From Aulosira sp. ZfuVER01 (GTDB lineage: Bacteria > Cyanobacteriota > Cyanobacteriia > Cyanobacteriales > Nostocaceae): 37,453 nt of DNA. Location of the stretch: assembly GCA_034530615.2 (NCBI GenBank), contig JAVRCV020000082.1, positions 1 through 37,453 of the forward strand, given 5' to 3'. A program made the translations under genes and the position numbers. The notes beneath the pieces were generated by a model. It was given only the letters and a program-made list of their open reading frames with translations. It was not told the DNA's origin and ran no database searches. Positions 10,710-20,662 of this stretch are shown here, in pieces. Within the stretch, counting starts at the first letter, position 1. Each line of letters begins with the position of its first letter.

Positions 10710-13700
10710 ATGAAGAGCCTCACCATCGATTTACCAGGTTATCAAAGCACAAATCAGCTTTATGCAGGGTCGCGCACCCTAGTTTATCAAGCAATTCGGG
10801 AAGCAGACCAATACCCAGTCGTCCTCAAGCTGCTACGAGAGGAATACCCCTCGTTTGGAGAATTAGTCCGGTTTCGCAACCAGTACGTGATTGCCCAAAA
10901 TCTGGCACTGAAAAGTGTGGTTAAACCATTGGCACTCTTGCGGTATCGTCAGAGCTATGCTTTGGTAATGGAGGATGCAGGCGGAGTTTCCCTGGCGAAT
11001 TATCTTAGGGCAGATGGCGACTGCCCAACCCCCTTAGGAGTCACAGACTTTCTCATCATCGGATTGCAACTAGCAGAAACACTCTGGGAACTGCATCGCT
11101 GTCGGGTGATTCACAAAGACCTCAAGCCAGCTAATATTCTGATTCAGCCAGAAACTAAGCAAGTAAAGCTGATTGACTTCAGCATTTCTTCCCTGTTGCC
11201 TAGAGAAACCCTAGAAATTCAGAATCCCAATGTTCTCGAAGGTACTCTGGCTTATCTGTCGCCGGAGCAAACTGGACGGATGAACCGGGGGATTGACTAC
11301 CGCAGCGATTTTTATTCTCTAGGTGTGACGTTTTACGAACTCCTAACGGGGCAACTTCCGTTTACGACTCCCGATCCGGTGGAACTGGTGCATTGCCACA
11401 TTGCCAAATCTCCGACGCCTGTGGCTGAGATCAATCCGACAGTGCCCACTGTCATCTCAGATATTGTCGCTAAACTCATGGCGAAGAATGCAGAGGATCG
11501 CTATCAGAGTGCCTTGGGGCTGAAGCACGACCTGGAACGCTGTCAACAGCAGTGGGACGCAAATGCCGACGGTATCGCCTCCTTTGCGTTGGGACAGCAG
11601 GATATATGCGATCGCTTCCTAATTCCTGAAAAGCTTTATGGTCGTGAATTGGAAGTGCAAACGTTGTTAGCGGCGTTTGATCGCGTCAGTGAAGGCGCAA
11701 CCGAACTGATGCTGGTTGCTGGCTTTTCCGGGATTGGCAAAACGGCGGTGGTGAATGAAGTTCACAAACCCATTGTGCGGCAACGAGGATATTTCATCAA
11801 AGGCAAGTACGATCAGTTCGGGCGCAACATTCCTCTATCTGCCTTTGTGCAAGCCTTTCGGGATTTAGTCGGTCAATTGCTGGCAGAAACTGACGCCCAA
11901 CTCAAAACCTGGAAAGAGAAAATCTTAAGCGCAGTGGGTGAAAACGGTCAGGTGATTCTGGACGTGATTCCGGAACTGGAGCAGATTATTGGCAAGCAAC
12001 CACCGATGCCCGAACTATCGGGAAGCGCAGCACAAAATCGCTTTAACTTAGTATTTCAAAATTTTACCCAAGTCTTTACAACTAAAGAGCATCCACTGGT
12101 AATTTTTCTGGACGATTTGCAATGGGCAGATTCCGCATCGTTGCAACTGCTGCAACTATTAATGAAGGATGCGGGGCATCTGTTGGTGTTGGGTGCATAC
12201 CGGGATAACGAAGTCTCCCCCACCCATTCATTAATGATAGCGATCGCCCAGATGACAAAAGCCAAAGCAGCAGTGAATACGATGACGCTGATGCCCTTGA
12301 GCCAGGATAATGTAAATCAATTGATTGCAGATACCCTCAATTGTGAGGACGCGATCGCCCAACCCCTGACCGATTTGGTCTATGGTAAAACCAAAGGCAA
12401 CCCGTTTTTCACCACACAGTTTCTCAAGGCACTGCATGAAGATGGGTTGATTGCCTTCAACTTGGAAGCAGGCTGCTGGCAGTGTGATATCGCTCAGGTA
12501 CGCTCACTTGCCCTTACCGATGATGTAGTCCAGTTTATGGCACTACAACTTCAGAAATTACCCCCAAATACCCAAAACATTCTCAAATTAGCTGCCTGTG
12601 TCGGCAACGCTTTTGATTTGCAAACCCTGGCAATTGTGAGTCAGCGATCGCCTGAAGATGTCGCTGTAGATTTGTGGAAAGCCTTGCAGGAAGGTTTGGT
12701 TTTGCCAATTAGCGAAGTCTACAAGTTTTATCAGGGAGAACAAACGAATGCTCCTGCGATCGGCGATCGCGATCGGGTGGCGAAATACCGCTTTCTCCAC
12801 GATCGCGTCCAGCAAGCAGCTTATGAACTCATCCCAGACTCGAAAAAGCAAGCCACCCATTGCGAAATTGGTCAGTTATTGCTGCAAGGCACTCCCATCG
12901 CCGCCAGAGAAGCAAATAGTTTTGAGATTGCGCGGCATTTGAATATTGGTGCTTCCTTAATCGGCGATCGCACATTATTAAATCAATTAGCGCAATTAAA
13001 TCTCTTCGCTGGCAGAAAAGCCAAAAAGTCAACGGCTTACACAACTGCAATTGAACACTTTAGTAAAGGAATTGCTCTGCTAGCAACGAATACATGGCAA
13101 GAGCAGTACGAAACTACCCTGGCGCTGCACAACGAAATTGTGGAAGTTTATTTGCTGACGGCACAGTTCAACCAAGTGGAACAATGGGCACAGGTCGTAC
13201 TGGAACGTGCAAAAACGGTGTTAGATACAGTGAAAGTTTATATTGCGCGAATTCAAGCTTGCATTGCTCAAAATAACCTGTCCTTGGCAGAACAAACTGC
13301 CCTAACCATTCTCAAGCATCTGAATATCCAGTTTCCCGAAAATCCTACAGATGCAGAAGTTCAGCAGTCCCTGACAGCAACTCAAACTCGCTTTGCCTGT
13401 TATAACGTCGAAGCATTGGTAAACCTGGATGAAATGACCGATCCGGTTTACCTGGCAGCAATGGAGATTTTAGTCACCGTTGTCACAGCATCTCACCAAT
13501 CTGTATCGCCATTATTTCCACTGATTGTCTGCAAACAAATCGATTTATCCCTAGAGTATGGTAATTCCCCTGCCTCTGCCTCTAGTTACTCCTGGTTTGG
13601 CTTAATCCAGGCAAGTCCGTCTGGCAATCTCGATCTCTGCTATCAAGCAGGTGAAGTGGCATTAAGGCTGATTGCTACACGACCTAACGATGGTTTAAAA

Positions 13701-16589
13701 GCCAAAACCATGAACATTACTCATGCTTTTGTGATGCACTGGAAACGGCATGGACGCAATGAATTACAGCCTTTGCTGCAAACTCATCAAATTGGTCTGG
13801 AAACTGGAGAACTTGAGCATGGTGCCTATGCCCTGTATAACTACACAGGAATTTCTTTTGCTATTGGGCGGAATTTGAGCGAGATGGAGCAGGAGACGGA
13901 GACATTCGATCGAGTCATTACTGAGCTACAGCAGGGTACGGCTCTTTGCTTTTTGAGAATTATGCGACAGGCGGTGCTAAATCTGCGCGGAAAAGCGCCC
14001 GATCCCTGCCGCTTAATTGGAGACGCTTATGATGAAGCAGTCATGTTACCCCTACACCAAGCCAACCGGGAACAGTATGCGATTTGCAGCATTTATCTCA
14101 ACAAGCTGGTTTTGAGTTATTTATTCAATGATTATCAACAGGCATTTGAAAATGCCATGCTGGCGGAACAAAATTCCGTGGCGCTGACGGCAGCATTGAA
14201 ATATACTCTCATCTACTTCTACAGTTCACTCACACAGTTAGCAATCTACCCAACTGCGACTCCAGCCCAACAAGCGGTGATTTTAGAAAACGTTGCTACC
14301 AATCAAGCCAAGATTCAGCAATGGGCCCACTATGCACCGATGACTCACGCACACAAATTTGACTTGATAGAAGCGGAACGGTATCGAGTCTTGGGCGCAA
14401 CCTATCAAGCAATGGTTTACTACGATCGCGCGATCGCCAACGCTAAAGAAAACGGCTATATCCAAGAAGAGAGCCTTGCCAACGAACTCGCAGCTAAATT
14501 TTACCTGGACTGGGGCAAAGAAAAAGTTGCCGCAGGCTACCTGCAAGAAGCCTACTACGGCTACGCCCACTGGGGCGCCAATGCCAAAATTGCCGATCTG
14601 GAAACTCGCTATCCACAGCTACTCCAGCCCATCCTCAACCAACCTCAATTCAGCTTTAATCCTCTGGAAACCCTCGCCACCTTTAATCATGCTGCCAGCT
14701 ATAGTTCAACTCCAGTCTCTAGCAGTAATACCAACCTGGGCAATGCCCTTGATTTTGCCGCCGTCCTCAAAGCAGCCCAAGCCCTCTCCAGCAGTATCCA
14801 GCTAGAGGAGCTAATTCGCAGCTTAACTCAAATGATTCTGGTAAACGCCGGAGCCGAAACCTGTGTGCTGCTGCTGCCCTACCTTGATGAATGGCAAATT
14901 CGTGCGATCGCCAAGCTGGAATCGGGCAGTTTCTCACCTACTACCCATTTGCAAACCACAACCTTGGAAAACTCGACTGTGGTGCCAATGCAGCTGATTC
15001 AGTACGTCAGACGCACCCAAGAAACACTGATCGTTAACGGTAGCAAAACAGATATTCCTGGTGCGATCGGTGAGTATATGCTCAAGCATCAGCCCCAAAG
15101 TGTCTTGTGTACGCCTATTCTTAATCAGGGTAAGTTGGTGGGTGTGTTGTATTTAGAACATCGAACTACAAAAGGGGTGTTCACGCGCGATCGCCTGTTG
15201 GTCACGACCTTTTTATGTACCCAAGCTGCCATTTCTCTGGAAAATGCCCGCCTTTATCAAGAGTCACAAACTTATGCCCAGCAGTTGGAAAACTCCTTGA
15301 CACAACTGCAAACCAGTGAAGCCCGCTTCCAAGCACTGACAGATAATATTCCTGGTATGGTTTATCGCTTCCATCTGTCTCCCGACGGTTCCACATCAAC
15401 GCCCTACGTCAGTTCTGGCTGCTATGACCTGTATGAGGTGGCTCCTGAAAGTGTGATGAGGGGGGGGGATAACCTGTATCGGATGAACCATCCAGATGAT
15501 GTTTTACTGGTTAATCAAGTCATCAGCGACTCTGCCCAAACCCTAACCCCGTTTAAGCATGAATGGCGGATTATTACTGAGTCAGGCAATATAAAATGGA
15601 TACAAGCAGTCTCCCGACCGCAAACACAGCCCAATGGTTCAATAGTATGGGATGGGGTAGTCATTGACATTAGCGATCGCAAACGTGCTGAAGCCGCCAT
15701 CACCCAAAAATCTCAGGAATTAGAACAAGCCCTACAAGACTTGCAAAAAGCCCAATTACAAATGATTCAAACTGAAAAGATGTCTGCCTTGGGTAACTTA
15801 GTCGCTGGGGTCGCACACGAAATCAATAATCCCGTTGGCTTCATTTCTGGCAACCTTAAAGAAGCCCAGCAAAGGCTGCAAGAATTAATGGAGCATCTGA
15901 ACTTATATCGCACCCAAGCATCAGATACCGAGATCGCAGACCATGCCGAAGAGATTGATTTAGACTATCTCATCGAAGACTTGCCGAAGATGATGGACTC
16001 GATGAAACTGGGATGCGATCGCATCAAAAGCATCAGCACCAGCCTCCGCACCTTTTCCAGAGCCGATCAGAATCATCAAATCGCTGCGAATCTTCACGAG
16101 GGCATCGATAGCACGATTTTAATTCTCAAACATCGCCTCAAAGCAAATGAATTGCGACCCGCGATCGCAGTTATTACTGACTACGGCAATATCCCCGCGA
16201 TTGAATGCTTTCCTGGACAACTGAATCAGGTGTTTATGAATATCTTGGCAAATGCGATCGATGCTTTGGATGAAGCGAATATTGGACGCAGCTTTCTCGA
16301 TATTCAAGCTAATCCGAACCGGATTACGGTGAAAACCTCCCTCTGTGATACTCACCAATCTGTCCGCATCTCGATTCAAGACAATGGCATCGGTATGGCA
16401 GATGATGTAAGAGAGAAGATTTTCGATCATCTGTTTACCACTAAAGATGTGGGGAAAGGTACTGGATTGGGATTGGCGATCGCTAAGTCTATTGTGGTGG
16501 AAAAACATAGTGGGGCAATCGAGGTTAACTCAACCTTGGGCGAGGGTACGGAGTTTGTGATTACGCTACCCGTTAAAGCTAAACGTTAA
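10710..16589 (+). CDS. Second HstK-type hybrid: Ser/Thr kinase + STAND-like AAA ATPase + helical region + GAF + PAS + histidine kinase
   Basis: HKDLKPAN, DFS, GTLAYLSPEQTGR. Walker A GFSGIGKT, Walker B VIFLDD. GAF QSVLCTPILNQG. PAS ending DISDRK. H-box VAGVAHEINNP, NILANAIDA, DNGIGM, FTTK, GTGLGL. Start is ATG 10710 or TTG 10704. Confidence 0.93.
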   Translation: MKSLTIDLPGYQSTNQLYAGSRTLVYQAIREADQYPVVLKLLREEYPSFGELVRFRNQYVIAQNLALKSVVKPLALLRYRQSYALVMEDAGGVSLANYLRADGDCPTPLGVTDFLIIGLQLAETLWELHRCRVIHKDLKPANILIQPETKQVKLIDFSISSLLPRETLEIQNPNVLEGTLAYLSPEQTGRMNRGIDYRSDFYSLGVTFYELLTGQLPFTTPDPVELVHCHIAKSPTPVAEINPTVPTVISDIVAKLMAKNAEDRYQSALGLKHDLERCQQQWDANADGIASFALGQQDICDRFLIPEKLYGRELEVQTLLAAFDRVSEGATELMLVAGFSGIGKTAVVNEVHKPIVRQRGYFIKGKYDQFGRNIPLSAFVQAFRDLVGQLLAETDAQLKTWKEKILSAVGENGQVILDVIPELEQIIGKQPPMPELSGSAAQNRFNLVFQNFTQVFTTKEHPLVIFLDDLQWADSASLQLLQLLMKDAGHLLVLGAYRDNEVSPTHSLMIAIAQMTKAKAAVNTMTLMPLSQDNVNQLIADTLNCEDAIAQPLTDLVYGKTKGNPFFTTQFLKALHEDGLIAFNLEAGCWQCDIAQVRSLALTDDVVQFMALQLQKLPPNTQNILKLAACVGNAFDLQTLAIVSQRSPEDVAVDLWKALQEGLVLPISEVYKFYQGEQTNAPAIGDRDRVAKYRFLHDRVQQAAYELIPDSKKQATHCEIGQLLLQGTPIAAREANSFEIARHLNIGASLIGDRTLLNQLAQLNLFAGRKAKKSTAYTTAIEHFSKGIALLATNTWQEQYETTLALHNEIVEVYLLTAQFNQVEQWAQVVLERAKTVLDTVKVYIARIQACIAQNNLSLAEQTALTILKHLNIQFPENPTDAEVQQSLTATQTRFACYNVEALVNLDEMTDPVYLAAMEILVTVVTASHQSVSPLFPLIVCKQIDLSLEYGNSPASASSYSWFGLIQASPSGNLDLCYQAGEVALRLIATRPNDGLKAKTMNITHAFVMHWKRHGRNELQPLLQTHQIGLETGELEHGAYALYNYTGISFAIGRNLSEMEQETETFDRVITELQQGTALCFLRIMRQAVLNLRGKAPDPCRLIGDAYDEAVMLPLHQANREQYAICSIYLNKLVLSYLFNDYQQAFENAMLAEQNSVALTAALKYTLIYFYSSLTQLAIYPTATPAQQAVILENVATNQAKIQQWAHYAPMTHAHKFDLIEAERYRVLGATYQAMVYYDRAIANAKENGYIQEESLANELAAKFYLDWGKEKVAAGYLQEAYYGYAHWGANAKIADLETRYPQLLQPILNQPQFSFNPLETLATFNHAASYSSTPVSSSNTNLGNALDFAAVLKAAQALSSSIQLEELIRSLTQMILVNAGAETCVLLLPYLDEWQIRAIAKLESGSFSPTTHLQTTTLENSTVVPMQLIQYVRRTQETLIVNGSKTDIPGAIGEYMLKHQPQSVLCTPILNQGKLVGVLYLEHRTTKGVFTRDRLLVTTFLCTQAAISLENARLYQESQTYAQQLENSLTQLQTSEARFQALTDNIPGMVYRFHLSPDGSTSTPYVSSGCYDLYEVAPESVMRGGDNLYRMNHPDDVLLVNQVISDSAQTLTPFKHEWRIITESGNIKWIQAVSRPQTQPNGSIVWDGVVIDISDRKRAEAAITQKSQELEQALQDLQKAQLQMIQTEKMSALGNLVAGVAHEINNPVGFISGNLKEAQQRLQELMEHLNLYRTQASDTEIADHAEEIDLDYLIEDLPKMMDSMKLGCDRIKSISTSLRTFSRADQNHQIAANLHEGIDSTILILKHRLKANELRPAIAVITDYGNIPAIECFPGQLNQVFMNILANAIDALDEANIGRSFLDIQANPNRITVKTSLCDTHQSVRISIQDNGIGMADDVREKIFDHLFTTKDVGKGTGLGLAIAKSIVVEKHSGAIEVNSTLGEGTEFVITLPVKAKR

Positions 16590-17008
16590 GTTTGCAATGG
16601 TGCCAGTACGCTCACTGTCCGCTACATCCAGAGTCATCGTGATGACTATGTACTTGATGAGTATCAGCAGTGCCACCAACTTCTTCGCTTGCTCCGGTTT
16701 GGGATTGTTGGGATGCAGAATTGGATGATTTACCTGTTCGCTTTTACCTCAGCTTAGATTAAAAATAAATACATCTTCCCGTCGATAGAGTCAAGCTCAG
16801 GCTTTTTACCTAAAACGAGAATTGCTTTCACTACTTGAAATGGAGGTACGCGATCGCTTATCTTGAAAAGCGTTAGGGATCTAGAGGAGGATTACTGAAA
16901 TTCAAAAGACTTAAATCGCTAGATATGATTCTGAAGATTGATGCAGAGAAATGCCGTTTTTGTCATTCTAGAAACCAAGTTTAGATGTATTCCTCTAAAG
17001 TCGAGAAA

Positions 17009-17206
17009 ATGGCTGGAAGATCAGAACAGAGAACTTTGATACGTGAAAACACTATCCTTGCTGCCAAAAACTTTTTAGCAAAAATGGACAACGACGCCAC
17101 ACCAGAAGAATTGGACATGATCGCCAATAGTGTCGGTGAGATTGCACTCTTTTGGCATCTGATTGGGAATCCTGAGGAGATTTCTTCGCTGGAGTTGCAA
17201 GGGTAG
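17009..17206 (+). CDS. Small acidic helical hypothetical protein (65 aa, or 73 aa from ATG 16985)
   Basis: Intergenic ORF MAGRSEQRTLIRENTILAAKNFLAKMD... with protein-like amphipathic composition. No family recognised. Confidence 0.55.
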   Translation: MAGRSEQRTLIRENTILAAKNFLAKMDNDATPEELDMIANSVGEIALFWHLIGNPEEISSLELQG

Positions 17207-17831
17207 TACTAAACAGCAATTAACTTGACTGCTACTAACAATTACCATACTAGCACCAAAACTGATTGGGCAATTTTTTTTGCTATCTGCATTGAAGATT
17301 TCTCCTTGGTACAAAATTGTTACTAGAGCTAAAAATCAGTGTGCTAACTTTCCATTTTTTGTCTTTTAGTCTGTTGAATAAAAGGTGTAACATTCCACAT
17401 TAGAAAAATTTATTATTTTGATTATTTAACCCTATATTTATAGATATATTATTAACCTAGTTCTGGGTGGAGTGGAAGTTGATTGTTTTCCATTTAAAAA
17501 ATATAGATTAGCTTGTCAAGACTAATTACTCTGATGAACTGACTTCGAGGTAATATTGATAATCTAACTAATTAAAAGGGTGATTTATTTTTCTCTGGGT
17601 AGAGTATGAAAGCGTGTTAAAAATATCTTTGTACAGCCTGGCGATTAATAAGTACTTTGCATTAATCTTTGTGACTATAAAATTCTAGGGTGAAGATAAG
17701 CAATCATGCCTCGAACCTGTATTTGCTCAAAGTTTCAGCTTGTAGATTGAAAATATTAGATATAGCAAATTTGATACTCAACCGAGCTATTGTCTAGCAT
17801 TATACTCATGAGGCGAAGAAAGAGAGGTGCT

Positions 17832-20615
17832 ATGGCTGCTCGGAGAAAATCACAGTTAAAAGCTTTTGAGACATCTATTTTGGAGGCTTTAGACCAGGTA
17901 GAACGAGCTACCTCAAAACTGTTTAAGCTGGAAGATATTCTAGAAGCAGTCTGTCGAAACATCCTGGCACTGGGTTTTGATTTCGCTAACATATCTTTAA
18001 TTTCTCTAGAAAAAAATATTATTGAAGGAGTACATGGAAGTGGCGCGGGAGTAGTATGGGCTAATCTGGCCAAACATTACCTAGAACCAGACCCAGAACT
18101 AAGAGATATTCAGGCAGATATAGTCCAAACTCAGCAAACTGAGATTATTTCTGGATGGGACAAACGCTTTGACCGCTGGATTTATCAAGAGTATGGTCAT
18201 GAAAAGTTGGTTCGGGTATTTACGCCAATTGTTCTGGTTCAAGATTATAACGGCAAAGTTATAAAAAATTGGTTTGAGCGCTGTAAATGGGAGAAAATAA
18301 ATCCTCAATTTGAGGAAAGTAGGAAAAGACAGCATGAGGTTTACCAGTTGCGTCTAGCACCAGATCTGCAACCTGAGGGGCGCAATCCAGAGGTAATAGT
18401 CATAGGTACAGTAGAAGCAGGTTATAGTTCACCGGAAAGACGAATTGAGGAAAAAACATTATCGCGATTTCTGGACTACATTGCTCGGCAATCTTTGGAT
18501 ATTTGGCAAGCACAACTACCTCGGGTTTTAGAAACAATAGCAGAGAAAGCCAAGCAAATTCTCAATGCTGATGCAGCAACCCTGCATTTTTTATACGAGC
18601 CAAATTTAGAACAGGGTCGTTACATTTATGAAGTATTTTCTCATGGCATTGGTAAGCAATTTCTGAAAGCTTGTCCACCACGTCATAATGGACTGGGACG
18701 ACAAGCGATTCTAGAAAGAAAGTACAAGTTTATCCCAGACTTATCTCAAGGTCATGACAAACTGGAAATGGCAACGCTTAACCCACAAGCTTTTTCGGCT
18801 GGGATTAAAGCAATGGCAGCTTTCCCGTTGCAGGTTGAGAACAAAGAAGGAATACTTTATGTGCTTTTCCGCCGCACATATATATTGTCTACACGTAAAC
18901 TGCGCTTAGTAGAACTATTTGTCCGACAGTGGGCTGTTGATGCAATTTGGCATCCCATCAGAATCCAGCAAATGCGTGATGAAGCACGCCAGCTAGCAGC
19001 GCTCTACTCTGTCACCCAATCCCTTGGTCGTATACCAGAAGATAATCTTTTACATCGTGTCGCTTGGAATACGTTGAATGTCCTAGGTGCAGATGTAGTT
19101 AATATCTACGAATATATCCAGACCGAAAGGCAATTTACGACTCCTCCTAAGACAGCAGGAAGATTGAGACAAGAGCAGAAGATGCAAGATGAGATTATTG
19201 AACACGATGTACCATTTTTGCTAATTCAGCGAGGAGAAAACGTTTATGCTCCACAACTGGAAAAAGAACCGATATTTCAGAATTCAGCCTTTACTCGCAG
19301 GGAAAAAATTCATTCTGCTGCTGGTGTCCTGCTAGAAGTTGATAAAGATATAGTCGGAGTAATGTTTATTAATTACCGACGACCTCACAGTTTTTCGGAA
19401 GATGAGAAAAAGATGATTGAAACTCTGGCTTCTTCAGCTGCGATCGCCATCAAAAATCAACGCTGGCTAGCAACTCTCAGCGACATCGATCGCAAGATTA
19501 TCACTACTCTAGACCAAAAGGAACTCCTGAACCTGATTGTACAGCGAGCAGTACAGATTTGTGGGGCTGATGTTGGAAATCTCCGCTTACTAGATCTCAG
19601 TCAACAAGAGCTTGTTACTAAAGCCAAGTATGCTGTACATGAAACTATTGAACTCATCGAAAGACGGAATAGCATCAACGAAGGGATCACAGGTTGGGTG
19701 GCCAGAAATGGCCAATCGGCATTGGTAAATAATGTCCTAATTGATTCACGTTACCAAGCTGACTTTGCCAATATACATTCTGAGTTATGTGTGCCACTCC
19801 TAGATGATAAGCGCTTACTAGGTGTACTGAATGTGGAAAGCCAGCATCTTTCAGCTTTTAACCAGAGACACCAGCGAATGTTAGAAGCCTTAGCAGATCA
19901 AGCAGTGATTGGTATCCAGAACTTAGAAAACAAAAGGCAACTGGTGAATATGGAAACAATGGCAACTCTGGGTGATTTGGCTGGCCCATTAGTGCATCGT
20001 ATGAATAATGATGTGGGTGCAATTCGAGTCTGGGCACAAGATATTCTGGATGAGGGTGATGAGAACAGCAAGAGTAGGGCGCAGCGAATTTCATCAAGAG
20101 CAGATAGGGTTTTGCAAGGTGCCGATCGCATGAAAATTTGGATTCAGGAGAAACCTCATGCTATTAATTTATCTGAGATAGTGGTAAATGCACTAGCTAG
20201 AATGTCCATACCTGCGAACATCATTCCCAATATTGAGGTATCGTCCGACTTACCAAAGGTCTTAGGGGGTGAACAGCAATTAATATATGTTTTTGATAAC
20301 CTAATCCAAAATGCTGTGGAAGCTATGCCCCAAGGTGGTAGGGTATCGATTGTTGGCACTAATGTGCAAAGAGAAATACAGTGTTGGGTGGAAGTGCAAA
20401 TATGTGATACTGGCGTAGGCATTGCCGCAGAAAACTGGGAAAAGATTTTTCAGCCTGATTACACCACGAAAACAGCAAGGAGAGGTATGGGTTTTGGATT
20501 GTGGTGGACAAAATTGTATGTGGAACGTTTGGGAGGTTATTTAAGTGTGAATAGTGTACTGAATCAAGGGACTAATTTTACTATGCTCTTGCCAATCTAC
20601 AAACCAGAAACTTAA
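17832..20615 (+). CDS. Soluble multi-GAF (four GAF-like domains) sensor histidine kinase
   Basis: Four GAF-like units, e.g. EGITGWVARNG...SELCVPLL...LGVLNVES and VGVMFINYRRPHSF. Atypical H-box LVHRMNNDVGAI (His codon 19995-19997), NLIQNAVEAM, DTGVGI, YTTK, GMGFGL. No transmembrane stretch. GAGG SD precedes ATG 17832. Confidence 0.9.
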   Translation: MAARRKSQLKAFETSILEALDQVERATSKLFKLEDILEAVCRNILALGFDFANISLISLEKNIIEGVHGSGAGVVWANLAKHYLEPDPELRDIQADIVQTQQTEIISGWDKRFDRWIYQEYGHEKLVRVFTPIVLVQDYNGKVIKNWFERCKWEKINPQFEESRKRQHEVYQLRLAPDLQPEGRNPEVIVIGTVEAGYSSPERRIEEKTLSRFLDYIARQSLDIWQAQLPRVLETIAEKAKQILNADAATLHFLYEPNLEQGRYIYEVFSHGIGKQFLKACPPRHNGLGRQAILERKYKFIPDLSQGHDKLEMATLNPQAFSAGIKAMAAFPLQVENKEGILYVLFRRTYILSTRKLRLVELFVRQWAVDAIWHPIRIQQMRDEARQLAALYSVTQSLGRIPEDNLLHRVAWNTLNVLGADVVNIYEYIQTERQFTTPPKTAGRLRQEQKMQDEIIEHDVPFLLIQRGENVYAPQLEKEPIFQNSAFTRREKIHSAAGVLLEVDKDIVGVMFINYRRPHSFSEDEKKMIETLASSAAIAIKNQRWLATLSDIDRKIITTLDQKELLNLIVQRAVQICGADVGNLRLLDLSQQELVTKAKYAVHETIELIERRNSINEGITGWVARNGQSALVNNVLIDSRYQADFANIHSELCVPLLDDKRLLGVLNVESQHLSAFNQRHQRMLEALADQAVIGIQNLENKRQLVNMETMATLGDLAGPLVHRMNNDVGAIRVWAQDILDEGDENSKSRAQRISSRADRVLQGADRMKIWIQEKPHAINLSEIVVNALARMSIPANIIPNIEVSSDLPKVLGGEQQLIYVFDNLIQNAVEAMPQGGRVSIVGTNVQREIQCWVEVQICDTGVGIAAENWEKIFQPDYTTKTARRGMGFGLWWTKLYVERLGGYLSVNSVLNQGTNFTMLLPIYKPET

Positions 20616-20662
20616 GCATAAGCTAGGCATTAAATACCACAAGTGGTGGCAAGGAGGAACCG

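Noticed and set aside
9843..11975. Other TCCGGA hexamers (9843, 11970)
   Set aside because: Inside coding sequence with no nearby start, and expected by chance.
16590..16980. Possible gene remnant or IS fragment after hybrid kinase 2
   Set aside because: Short open stretches exist on the minus strand, but there is no recognisable motif, terminal repeat or good start.
17309..17323. NtcA-like site GTACAAAATTGTTAC
   Set aside because: The spacer is N9, not the GTA-N8-TAC consensus.
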